Origin: Tubulanus polymorphus
Taxonomy: Eukaryota > Animalia > Nemertea
Assembly: GCF_964204645.1 (NCBI RefSeq)
Contig: NC_134032.1
Location: forward strand, 10,280,275 to 10,344,274
Length of the DNA: 64,000 bases
Direction of reading: 5' to 3'
Part shown: positions 46,401 to 57,759 of the stretch, one piece after another
Layout of the letters: each line of letters starts with the position of its first letter
How positions within the stretch are numbered: the stretch's first letter is position 1
Program-made: the position numbers and the translations under genes
The notes under the pieces: generated by a model
What the model was told of the DNA's origin: nothing
Seen by the model: only the letters and a program-made list of their open reading frames with translations
Databases searched by the model: none

Positions 46401-49400
46401 TTTGGTTCGGCAGACAACACGCGCTTCCCATCAGCCCCGCGGCGGAAATAATGATAAGTTCAGTTCCCGTAACACATGCGGATCCGGAATCGTCAGTTCT
46501 AACCCGAAATAATCAAAACAAGATCATTTTCAGTTACTTTTTATGAGAGCAATAATCAACAATTCTAAACTGCGGAACTGGGTCCTCGAATTGCCCCAAG
46601 GGCCGGTTCCATAGTCAAGGCTTAGACTTAGGACGAGTCTAAAACCATACTTACGTAGTTCTATAGCCGATCTAACAACAATCAGATTTAAGACCACTTT
46701 CGGACTTAAGTCAAAAGTATTCATAAATCTTAAGACCTGCCCGAAGAACTTGTTTGATAGGCTATAGAACTAAGTTGGTCTTCAACTGATCTTAAATCTA
46801 CGCCATGACCGTGTTACCGGCCCCAGCGGTTCAAAGCCACCCGAGGGTTGGTTCCACTCAACGGTCCGATAACACGAAAAAAGATAAACTCTAAAATCGA
46901 CTTAAAAATTTGAACTACTGAAAAAATCAAATCGATCTAATGTCAAATCGTTTCGAGAAACCAGACCCGTTGTTGAATTGACCCCTAGAACCTGAGCTCT
47001 ACAGTGGTTGGTCAGATTTGTAATCCGATCAGTTGAGTTAGTTTGACCCCCGAGAAACTCTGAATCTGAACTCACAATTGCGGACCGCGGCGACTCCTCA
47101 AATCATCGTCTTAACCCGAGGTTCAATATCGTCTGCAGTGAACAAAGTCTCCAGGCCCCCGCCCATAAAAATTGTATATCACAATTTAAAAAAGACGGCA
47201 TATCATGACAGCAGACCGATCAGCTGTGATGTTTAAGATCGACTGTACACAGCTGTCATCAGAAAATAGAGGCATCATAAGGGAGGGAGGGAGAGAGCAG
47301 ATGAGGAAGAGAAAGATGGAGATTAAGAGGAAGTGAGGGAGCAGGGAACGGGTTGAGTGAGTGGAGGGTGTGGTAGATGGAGTGTGGGAGGGATTGAGGG
47401 AGGGTGTAGGAGAGGGAGGAGTGAGGGGAGTGTGCGCCAGGGTGAGGAATGAGGGGAGGGAGTGAGAGGAGTATAAGTTGGGGTGAGGAGTGAGTGGAGT
47501 GTGGGGGAGGAGTGCGGAGGAGGAGTCTGGGAAAAGGAGTGACGCAGAGGAGTATGGGAGAGGGAGTGCGGGGAGTGTGAGTTGGGGTTAGGAGTGAAGG
47601 GAGTATGGGAGAGGGGTGTGGGAGCAGGAGTGAGGGGAGATAAGAGTTAGAGAGGGAGTAAGGGGAGGGGGAGTATGGGAGAGGGAGTGAGGAAAGAACT
47701 GGGGGAAATGGGATAGAGAGTGAAGGGAGAGTGAGTTAGAGAGGAGTGAGGGTAGATAGTGAGTTAGAGAGAGGGAGTGTGGCAGAAGCAAGGAAGGTAG
47801 AACGAGGTCAGAGATGGAAACCCATCATCGAAAAATGTCGGAGAGGTGAGTATGAGGAGAGAGTGGAAGTGAGGAATGGAACAGAGATAAAGCGAGGAAA
47901 GATATGTAGAAGGACAAATGGTGAAGTCAGGGAGGAGAAAGGGAGAGAGGAAGAAAGAAGGAAAGAGGAGGTAGAGAGACAGGAAGCTGAAGGAATGGTT
48001 TTGAACAGTTCGAAAATCAATCTATCCCTTTATAAGCCTTATAAAAATCAGTGCTCCACCAACAACAAACATCTGTGACCAGACTTTCTGCAGAGTGACA
48101 CAATGCAAATATTTCCTCCATCTTTTCAACAAAAAAATAACCTTGTAAATATAATTTGACAATGCCTTCAACCTTATTGATACACGCCTCTCAGTAAATA
48201 TCCTACAGCTTTCTCACAAAGGGAGAGTCACCACGCACAGACAGGGCCGCATCGCCAACAGTAGGTAAGCAATGACAAGACTACGGTCTCAAGATTCTAA
48301 CCCTTTCAGTGTGTCTACACCGCAGTGCAGTGTATTAATCAGCAATTGACTTCGCTAATACACCGCACCGTAGTGTATCGTTTCAATTATCAATTAGTTA
48401 TGCTGTCTAGAGACAGATGGCAGCACCCGTCAAACATCATGTGAAATATCAGCGACTAACAATACACTGCACTGCGGTGTAGATGCACTATAGCGGTGCT
48501 CGATGAATAACCCATTGAGGTGGAATTTTCCAAAATCTCTAGCACATAAGGGTAAGAATTGGTCAGCATTGAAAGGGTTTAAGCATTTTTGTACTCATCT
48601 TCAAAAAAAGAAGAAAAAAAAAAACTCAAATGCCTTCAAGTCAATTTATCTCATTAGTTGAACCTTAAATCTTAGAACGATTGAAACAGAATGTGAATTA
48701 TATACTAATTTGTCCAACTCAAATCAACCCAATTGATATTTGTTTGGAGGATTCTATTGTTTAATTTATGTATTAAAAGGCCCAAAGAAGACTCGATTTC
48801 ATATACTGTAAAACCTCTACAGTGAACAGTGTTGGTCGCAGGCAAATCGTTCACCACGCGACAAGTGTAAAATGTAGATGGCATACGATTAGATGAAATG
48901 AACTAGAAAGTGTTGGTTGATTCAAGTGTTCATTATTATAATAGCGAGATGTTCACTATAGAGAGGTGTTCACTAACAGAGTTTTACTGTATTCTGTAAA
49001 ATGGGGGCCGATTAACGATTTGAGCGTTAATAATCATAATTTGCGAAGCAGTTCAGTTAACGTTAGTTTCAATGATAACGCTGACATAATGGTTAATAGT
49101 AGTACAGCCAGCATGCCAGCCATAATTAAAATATGGTTCCAATTTCATGGTTTGCAATTAAAATCTAACCTCTCAGGGTTGAACGGAAAGGATGAAATTT
49201 GGTCTGTAGAGTTAAACCTAATGTAGAACAGCAGAAGTAGGGTCAAGAACGCAGTATAATTACTATCAACTTGTCTTTACAGTGAAAATCACTGAGTATT
49301 ATCTGAAAAACAGATATTCAGGGTAGTCACTAATTTCAAATTCAAAGCTTATTATAATTGTATTTCCAAGAAAATTAATCTGGAATTCCATGATTTGGGG

Positions 49401-50285
49401 CTTAGCTTCAACTTCTTCTCATAAAACTGGACCTTGGGTGGTATTTCACAGATGACTTCAAAGCTCCTTTAAAGCCTCATTATTAGTATCGTGTTGCTTC
49501 CCGTTTTCAAATACAGTTGAGGTCCATTAAGACACTGTCCTATTTTAAATACCATTGCTGGCACCTAACGCGAACATTTTTCAGAGAACAAATTTACCCC
49601 CGATCAAACACAAAATTTGATGGAAACATCATTCTGTATGACGCCACCAAATTCGTTATAATGCCATGATTTTCTTAGGTCCCAATACAGTGGCATCTTT
49701 AAATACTTTTATCGTACATGAATAAAAAGAAATTCCAGGAGAAAATTTCATTTACGTAGGCTATATATATATATATATATATTATATATAAGCTTACATA
49801 TACAACTCACCGTCTGCTACTGCGCCACCAGACGGCGCTGCTCGCTCCAATCTCGTAGTAACGGCCTCCAGACGGGCGACGATCGACTCTAACTGCGCGG
49901 CCATCTCGTCGGTGAACTCCTCTCCCAGTTCGATTAACGATTGAATGTCGAAGAATTCGCGTCGGGCGGATTCGATTTCCTCTCGGACGGTCTTCGGTTG
50001 CGGCGACGACGTTGGTTGTGGCGACGGCGGCGGAGATTGCGGTCGGGCAGCGGCTAGTCTCTGTTCGGTGCGACGGATGATCTCCGATTCGATTTGGTCT
50101 CGTTTCGACGGACGCGCTTCAACCTGAACGCACGAGAGATTGTTAGCGACGGCGGTATCCTTGACGACGTCGTCGTTGGATTGTTGGTTTTCGCGTTGCT
50201 CCGGCGACAGCGGTTCGACCCGATTGACCTCGTATGTCTCTCTACTAGAATTCTTACGGCCAAAACACGGTAAACACGAACACAT
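40459..50285 (-). CDS. CAP: Adenylyl cyclase-associated protein (CAP/Srv2). Exons 49811-50285, 45366-45469, 44631-44708, 44129-44182, 43933-44022, 43757-43845, 43201-43306, 42469-42658, 42163-42344, 41773-41896, 41549-41631, 41310-41456, 40459-40542
   Basis: RLE repeats ([12 protein letters not shown]), helical folded domain [17 protein letters not shown] and FYTNRV, poly-Pro, WH2-like [31 protein letters not shown], and CARP domain ([24 protein letters not shown]). All splice phases are consistent. Confidence 0.95.
44227..44585. mobile_element. MITE family with internal AGACTAGTCTT/AAGACC repeats; copies at 45591-45730 and 46600-46824
   Basis: Termini GCCCAGTTGCACAGTC / GCAACTGGCCC and shared internal motifs at three loci. 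Confidence 0.6.
44830..45300 (-). mobile_element. tRNA-derived SINE-like element with a triplicated A-box head
   Basis: The minus strand has A-box TGGCCTGGTGG followed by B-box GGTTCGAACCC. The 39-bp head unit is repeated three times at 45193-45300. Confidence 0.6.
47280..47995. repeat. G/A-rich polypurine low-complexity tract
   Basis: About 700 bp of GGAG/GAGT/GGGGAG units with very few C. Confidence 0.9.
48804..48990. mobile_element. Tc1/pogo-type MITE
   Basis: TA-CTGTAAAACCTCTACAGTGAAC ... GTTCACTAACAGAGTTTTACTG-TA. Confidence 0.55.
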
Positions 50286-50324
50286 TACGCTTTAAAAATA
50301 ACAACCCTAGTATAGTTAATACGA

Positions 50325-51035
50325 CCTGTCACCACTAGGGGGCGCTTAGTATAGCAGTAATACCACTAGGGGGTGCCTGATATAACAGTAATACAACCTA
50401 TCACCAATAGGGGGCGTCTTATATAACAATTATACAATTTTCCACTACCATGGGGGACTAAATCCAGCAGTAATACAACCTGTCACCACTAGGGGGCGCC
50501 TTATATAAGTTATACAATTTGCCCTTCCTTGGGAGCGCTACATGTAGCAGTCATACAACCTACTGCCGCTGAGGGCAATCAATATGGCAATCTGCCACCA
50601 CTAAAGGGCGCCAACTATAGTAGTAATCCAATCTGCAACTAATAAGGTGCTTAAGTATAACAATAATATAATCTGTCACCACTAGGGGGCATTAAATATA
50701 GTAATAATACAATCAACCACCACTAGAGGGTGTCAACTTCTGCAGTAATGTAACCTGTCACCACTAGGGGGTGCTTGATATTGTAGTTTTACAACCTTTC
50801 ACCATATATAAATAAACCAACTGACCTCTCGGGGTAAATAGTTGTACTCGTTTAACTGACCACTAGGTGGTGCTTAAAAGGGGTGATAACTAAAAAGCTT
50901 CCAATGAAATTGTTCATTTGACCACTAGGTGGTGTTTACGAAATACAGAGAACCCTTAATGTAATAGATGTGGTTATATAACTGGCCACTAGGGGACACT
51001 AATTAAACTCTATACTAAATTGCTAGGGGGTGCCA
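50325..51035 (+). repeat. ~39-bp tandem array carrying CTCF-like CCACTAGGGGGCGC motifs
   Basis: About 15 same-orientation units. The best matches are at ~50332, 50363, 50487, 50679, 50720, 50761, 50860 and 50922. Confidence 0.8.
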
Positions 51036-51828
51036 ACTGAAGATATTGTTAGGCCTATACAGCTTAGTCCTAGGGGACTCAAAAAGTCAAAATTGCGAGA
51101 GGGAACTAATAAAAGGGGTCACTAAACCCGACACTTAAGTTGCTTATGGGTGCTAACTGTAAATATAGTACAACAGGGGGTAGGATCAGTGTAATCACCA
51201 AAAACACTGAGGCACCAACTAAAATAGCATAATTTTTCTTTTGTTGATAAATTTTCCGCGACAAAATTAGAACAAAATACAAAATTTCAAGACATGGAAA
51301 AAAATGTAAAATATGGATATATTACTTCATGCTCTACATCTCTATCGCATAATGCCTACGTACCTAATATATTTTCAAACGGGCTATAATCTCTCGAAAC
51401 TAAATACGACACGTTTTCATTCCGGGAAACTGTATCAAGGGTTTCATTTGTTTTTCGCACGAGGAGGGGCGGGCTCAAGAGCAGACACTTCAAAATAAAT
51501 CGCGTACATGGATAGGGCTTCGAAGAATATCGAACTCCACAGATAAACAAAATACAAGACATTTACATGCTTTAAACTATGCCATAGCGAAAATTTCAAA
51601 ATTAGAAATCAATAATGATAATATTGATAATCATGATAAAATCGCGATTATAATAATTCGGGGATAATCTTAATAGCGCATTCGAAATTTATTCAATCAT
51701 GCTAAATAGGTCGTTACCTGATTAATCAACGATGTACTTAATAAGTAATCAATTAGTAATTATTTTTCAGGGTAAAAAACAAACTTTCACGTTGAAACTC
51801 CGTGCTAAAAAGTAGTGGAATTTCTCAC

Positions 51829-51847
51829 CGAATTGTGCGGCGTCCAT
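51829..51847 (-). other. Candidate first exon of CAP (MDAAQF, phase-1 donor)
   Basis: acaATGGACGCCGCACAATTCG|GTGAGA. It resembles the internal MAAQL at 49904 and has the same phase as the CAP acceptors. Confidence 0.55.
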
Positions 51848-53309
51848 TGTTCTTGGCGGGAATATTCTACGTACGATGGAAAAGTGCGTCAAAAAATAAA
51901 TTCCGCTGTAAAATGAACGATCGAACGAAATTGATATATATGTACACTTAACAAAAAAAAAACATAAAAAAAGATTTTAGTTGTGTGGCGTGTGAAAAGT
52001 TGCCCTACAGTCGCTTAAAATGGCTTTGAGTAGCCGACTACAAGCCGTGAAAAGTAAAGTACTAATAATAATATAGGTTTTCAAGCGCTAACTAATAATA
52101 ATATATTCGAATCAAAATGGTCACTAATACTAAAATGATGTCTTAATAAATGTGATCTAAGTATAGGCTAGGGTCTTAATTGGAAAGCAAAATTTAAGTT
52201 TTGGGAAGCTCAAGTTTAAGCCTTTGTCGTAGTGTAGGTAGTGGCTACACTAATGAACTCTAAATAAGCTAGTTCATGAGTTATTTCAAACTGCGTCGTG
52301 ATATAAAAGCGAACTCCTGGCTACAGTTCCACAGTTTGAGTTAAGATTAGACATGTTGGTTAACTCATTAAAAATAAACTCATCTTAGCACCCCAAAACT
52401 AGGAATTTACTGACAACTATGGAACTTGGTACTGCTAATAATCATTTCACCCTCAAGTAGACCCTAATTGGACCACGACATCTGACACAAAATAGGGCTA
52501 ATGTTGTTAGTAAGTTTCAGTCTATATAAGTTTTTTTTTCGTTGTAAAATCTTCCGGAGGGACACGTTCAAATTGCCAGTAGAGAGAGAGAGAGAGATAC
52601 GGACAGAGAGCGAAATTACACCGCACTGTGCGCGAGGTCAATCAGTGAACGAAGCACAAACATTTGAACAACGACGAAAACAAACTTACCCGGCGACGTC
52701 ATCGTAAACATTGTCGAGGGCACTGATAGTTCCATAAGTACGCATGCTAAAATATGCCAGCCGAGGCCCAGTTTAACAAAAAGGACGAACTTCTTTCAAT
52801 CGGACAGGGTGGCCATTTTCCAACAATGTACAAATCCCCGGATTTTTCAATGTGATTACACACAATCCCCAGAGCGAATGAGAAAAATTTTAAACAATTC
52901 ATTTATTTTTCATTGAATAATGTATCGATAAGAAACACGTGGTCAACAGGAGAATTTTCCAGGTTTTTGGAACAACTTGAAGCCCCTTCCCCTGAAATGT
53001 TTTTTGTTTCCATATTTTAGCGTACGTAAATTAGAAATTTAGTCTATTCTCCGAGGTTGCACCCCTAAAAAAATACCCTTCAGTCGCCAGTTTCACGAAA
53101 AAGTTTAACTCAAATTTTTTGATTAATTGCCATTGGTTACTTCATGTTTTCAATGAGGACAACAATTCAAACTTAACTGTTTTAAGCTTACACTTTTTCG
53201 TGAAACTGGGCCCTGGTCAATTGATTTAATTTGATGGGTAGGCCTACCCTTTCAATTATTTGACAGTACAAAAGGGTAATGCACTTAGGGTTGAAAGAAT
53301 AACTATAGA

Positions 53310-53582
53310 CAGGCGCGGATCCAGATGGGAGGGGGGTTTCAGGGATCATGAGCCCTTTGCTCAGCTACAAAAAATTTTTTTAATCGTTTTCCTGAAGGAA
53401 TGTACTGAAGACAAAGGGGTGGACAGTACTAGATAATCGGTACCATATCATCTTACGTTTGGCTAAACAATATGCCGAATATACCTACCGGGGTAGGCCT
53501 CCTATCAGAGATTTTAGTCCGCGGTTCAAAATTAACATTCTTTATGAACCCCCTCCTCGAAAAAATCCTGGATCCGCGCCTG
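53310..53582. mobile_element. hAT-like non-autonomous element
   Basis: Perfect 15-bp inverted termini CAGGCGCGGATCCAG / CTGGATCCGCGCCTG. Both flanks contain TATAGA, an imperfect target duplication. Confidence 0.65.
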
Positions 53583-56500
53583 ATATAGACTTGAAGGGCC
53601 TTGCATAGGCTACCAATCGAAGCGAAGGCATCTGATATTGTACCCGCATGAGGGTATTGCACCTTCGCTCGTACGTCTGGGATGAAGGAGGGTGAAGACC
53701 CTTAAAAGGCGTTAGGCCAACATGTTGCTTGAGTAGAGCTAGGGGAGTTTTGCACCTCAGAGAATCAACTCTTTTATAACACTGTGCAATTCACTGGTAA
53801 AAAAAAAAATCGGTTAGTAATTTAAGGAATTTCTGGTAGAAAAAAAAATAACGCATTCTCACTCATGCCATTAACCAAACATTGGAGAGAATAGCTATGT
53901 AGCTATGTCCTGAGGTCTTCCTATTAAAGTTCATTGACGACATGCCTGCCCTGGTCAAATTAAATTCATCAGGAACCAATACTATACCTTATAGAGACTA
54001 CAACATGTAATCAAAGTAAGCTAATTAAATTTATGAACCGTATAAGATTAGAAACCTATAACGTCAAAATCATCACATCATTTATCTTGTCTTGGAATCG
54101 ATTTTTTATAGATTTCGCTTTAACTCTTGAACACATAGGCCTCTACCTCTCATTGGACTTAATACTGCCAGTAAAACTGTGCAGTCTAAATGAACCATCG
54201 CTTATATATCCGTTTAACTATGTATTTGAGGATTGCCAAAAAGTCTTCTTTGTCTAATATCGAAAAGATGAAACTACTGTTTTATTTCTAACAATGTTTC
54301 CTCTGTTTCAATGCCTACGAACCATGATGTAAGATGATCTAAAAAATAATTTTTAAGTGTGTTAGCATTAAGGAAACATACCGTTAAAATTGATTCACAG
54401 TTCGTAAAATGGAGTCTCCTTTTTCTGATTCAAATGAGTTAAAGAGGACTATTTAAATATTGAATCCTACAATGCAAAACGGATATAACAACGACGGTTC
54501 ATAATTCAGTCAGGGGAAAAGGATCGGGATGACCGCACAAATGTCAAATTCACGGTTCGTAAGACAAGTTTGAAGTGTTTTCAAAGATTAAGCTACATAT
54601 ACCTAAACAATCGATCCCAGACAAAAATAGGGGATAGGCTTTAATCATCTATTCATCAAGCTCTAAATAAAACCAGTGAACTGTCATTGACATAGCGTAT
54701 GACATAGCGCGGGCGTGAAAAGACGTGAACCCGGAAGTAAAATTAGAAGCCCCAATATTCAAGTTTTCGGCAATTTTTGAACATTTATGTGGGCGTGAGG
54801 AAATTATGCTTGATTTTTTGGATACATTTCGTGTTATTCTGGTACTGTTAAAAGCGCTGCCAAGTTCAAATATTGCGTTGAAAAGCGATAAAACCTTCGA
54901 AAAACAAAGGACAACACCTTCTTTATGGACTTACCGGTGACTCAGACAGGAGACTGAAGGTGGCAGCACTTGACGTTTCCTGATTTTTTTTCTGGCGTGG
55001 TTCGAATCCCGAATTATCCTAACTTTGTGTAGAAAATCCCACAGTAAAAACGATATAATTCACATTAGAATAATCTTGCCCTCTTTCACATTATTTTCAC
55101 AGTGCGGAAATAGTGTTTTATCAATGGTTATGATCCCTACTTTGTTCAAATATTCGATACCATCTCTAAGACACTGTGTCCAAAATACCGTGCATCAAAA
55201 AAGCTAACTTGAAAGTTTATCACTTGTTATTATAGCCATTGTAACGATGCTATATGTGTCCTATATCTTTTTACATGACTGAAATATGACAGTAATTGTG
55301 AATATTACACATTTACTCCTCGTGTGAGTGTGGACTAAGAAAAATCCTCTCCAGCCCTTTTCCGAAAACTACGACATGCGAATTAATTTCTGTAAACGGA
55401 AAAAATTAAACCAACATCTACAAGAAATGATTCAAAACACTACGATAGGTTTATTTTAATACACCTATTTAACCACAACTAAAATAACGATGTTCACGCG
55501 TGTCGATCCAGGAACTGGAGTCCAACAAAGATGATCAAACTGCAAATGGGATTATTGTTTTTAAGTGATTTACAAACCGATTTCTTATATTTGGATCTAG
55601 TCAGTAACCTGACTGTGGTTTAGTTTCACGATCGGATATTTTCACAAACCACAGTCAGGAATGGGAAGGTCATTTTTGTATGAAATCTTCGTCAGCCAAT
55701 TTGACTGACGAGTAATTTGCCTGGCATTTCATTGTCTCTTAAGATATCTGTCTCATTTTTGTTGTAATCGACGCACAACAGATTCGTAGTTTGTCTGATA
55801 CCTATAACACCTCACCTGACGATCTTAATCCATGTGCAAATCGGCCGTAAAGTGAGAGTAAATTTCCGTCCAGTCAACAGCTGCCATTTTGAAAATTACT
55901 GGAGGTGCTGGCACCTGTGGACTAAGGCCAGGACAACAGCACAAACTAACAAAGCGAAACGACGAAATTTAAAAATATTAAAAAATCAACACTTATTCAC
56001 ATTTTTCTTTTACCAGAAATTTATTATTTAATTATTTATTATGGAAAATACGAAGACTTGAAATAAAAGTTGGAAAACCATCAAAAATAAAAATTGTCGT
56101 TTCGTCTTGGAAGTTTCATATAAATCCTTGTAGGTCCCCTTGTCTTATCATGCCACATGTGCAATACAGAGAAATGGCGGCCAATGGCGAAATTTGTGGA
56201 GAAATTAATTAATTTCTCAAAATAATGTTGATTAATCACTCGAAACATACATAAAATTGGATTATTTCGAAAGGTACCTGTGTTAGTTTGTGAATTAAGC
56301 CATTAATTGTGGACTGAAGTGAATAGAAAGTATATTTTTGAAGTGTTACTTTTTTCAACCGTGTTTTGGTCCTTGTCATCCCTAACGTTGGTATAAGCCC
56401 ATCCGATTATAAAAAGCTTACCACCAACGATTAGGTAACTAACTAATTTGGATCATGATAAGTATTACGAGAGCTGAGCTACCGGCGGCTTAAAATATCA

Positions 56501-56591
56501 GACTTTGGAATTAAAATTTCTTCGAAAAGAGATGGAATCGGGCCATGCGATTGGGGAAGGTTTATACTCTGCATCGATTTAGGTTTAGTAA

Positions 56592-56892
56592 AGCCCAACG
56601 CACACGGCACCGAAAAAATGTTTTTTTTCGGTGCCGTGTGCGTTGGAGGAGAAACACATAACACCGAACTGAAAAACGTTTTTCGCGAGCAAAAAACGTT
56701 TTGTGAAAATCGTGTTTTCTGTTTCGGCGAAACAGAAAACACGTTTTTCAGAAAACGTTTTTTGCTCGTAAAAAACGTTTTTCAGTTCGGCATTTTTTGT
56801 TTTGCCTCCCCCGCACACGGCATGACAAAAAACATCTAACACGTTTTTTTCACGAGGAAAAACGTTTTTTTCGGTGCCGTGTGCGTTGGGCT
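56592..56892. mobile_element. Highly palindromic MITE (PIF/Harbinger-like termini)
   Basis: AGCCCAACGCACACGGCACCGAAAAAA ... TTTTTTCGGTGCCGTGTGCGTTGGGCT, with nested internal inverted repeats. Confidence 0.8.
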
Positions 56893-57419
56893 ATACCGTG
56901 TGATTGGCGACGCCGTGCAATCTGCTCGAAGCCGTGCCTATAGAGATTAGGCTATATAAGATACAGTTCTAACAAAGTGGACTAAAATTTCTAATTGCCT
57001 ATTTCTAAACAAAATTAAGGAATTTTGAAGGAGATTCGGGCATTGAGTGTTACTGCTGAGAGACGACTGTGTGACAATCACGATCAGTAGATTAGGGTCA
57101 AACCTAAGATATCCACCTATCCGCCATACGGTAACTGGAACACTCTGAACCGGGTAGGAAAATTCTTCATAGACTTTAATATAATTCTTTATATAACATT
57201 CATAACAATCTTTCTTTCTTGTCTTATTTTATTTACAATTCTTTATGTAATACATGTACATTTCCATTTTGCTCAATTGAAAACGATTACATGGCAATTG
57301 ACAGACATTTTTGTTATCTTTTTTGCATTAACTACAGGATAATTAAAAACCTTTATCAGTAATTTCTTCTTAATTGTCATTACAAGTAGTTCACGTTCAC
57401 TTCATTATCACACAACTAA

Positions 57420-57550
57420 AGCCGCGGACACACTGGGCGATTTCGTCGGCTGACGAAATCGGCCGACGAAATCGCCGCCGATTTTATGACCGATTTGATC
57501 GCCGACAGACCCGGACACACTGGGCGATTTCGTCGGCCGACGAAATCAGC
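57420..57550. mobile_element. Harbinger-like terminal fragment with a direct repeat
   Basis: TAA-AGCCGCGGACACACTGGGCGATTTCGTCGGC; a 25-bp unit repeats at ~57513, with short palindromes. Confidence 0.5.
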
Positions 57551-57759
57551 GAACAGCGCCGCTTATTTTGAAAATTATTATAAAGAATTCGCTACAATGC
57601 GTCTTTTTGATCTTAGTTCGATAACAAAACATTCAGAAATAAAAACATGCACAGCACTTTACATGCATCATTGAATTCAAAACAAAATGATTTGTAAAAT
57701 TTATGAATAAAAAGGCAACATAGTTGTTCGTTTAACTTAATAGTTATCGTTTGACGGGG

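Noticed and set aside
47588-48078. ORFs in the G/A-rich tract
   Set aside because: Low-complexity artefacts.
54700-55900. Possible small spliced minus-strand gene (donors near 55815 and 54935, AATAAA near 55450)
   Set aside because: No coherent ORF or recognisable protein; it cannot be supported without transcript data.
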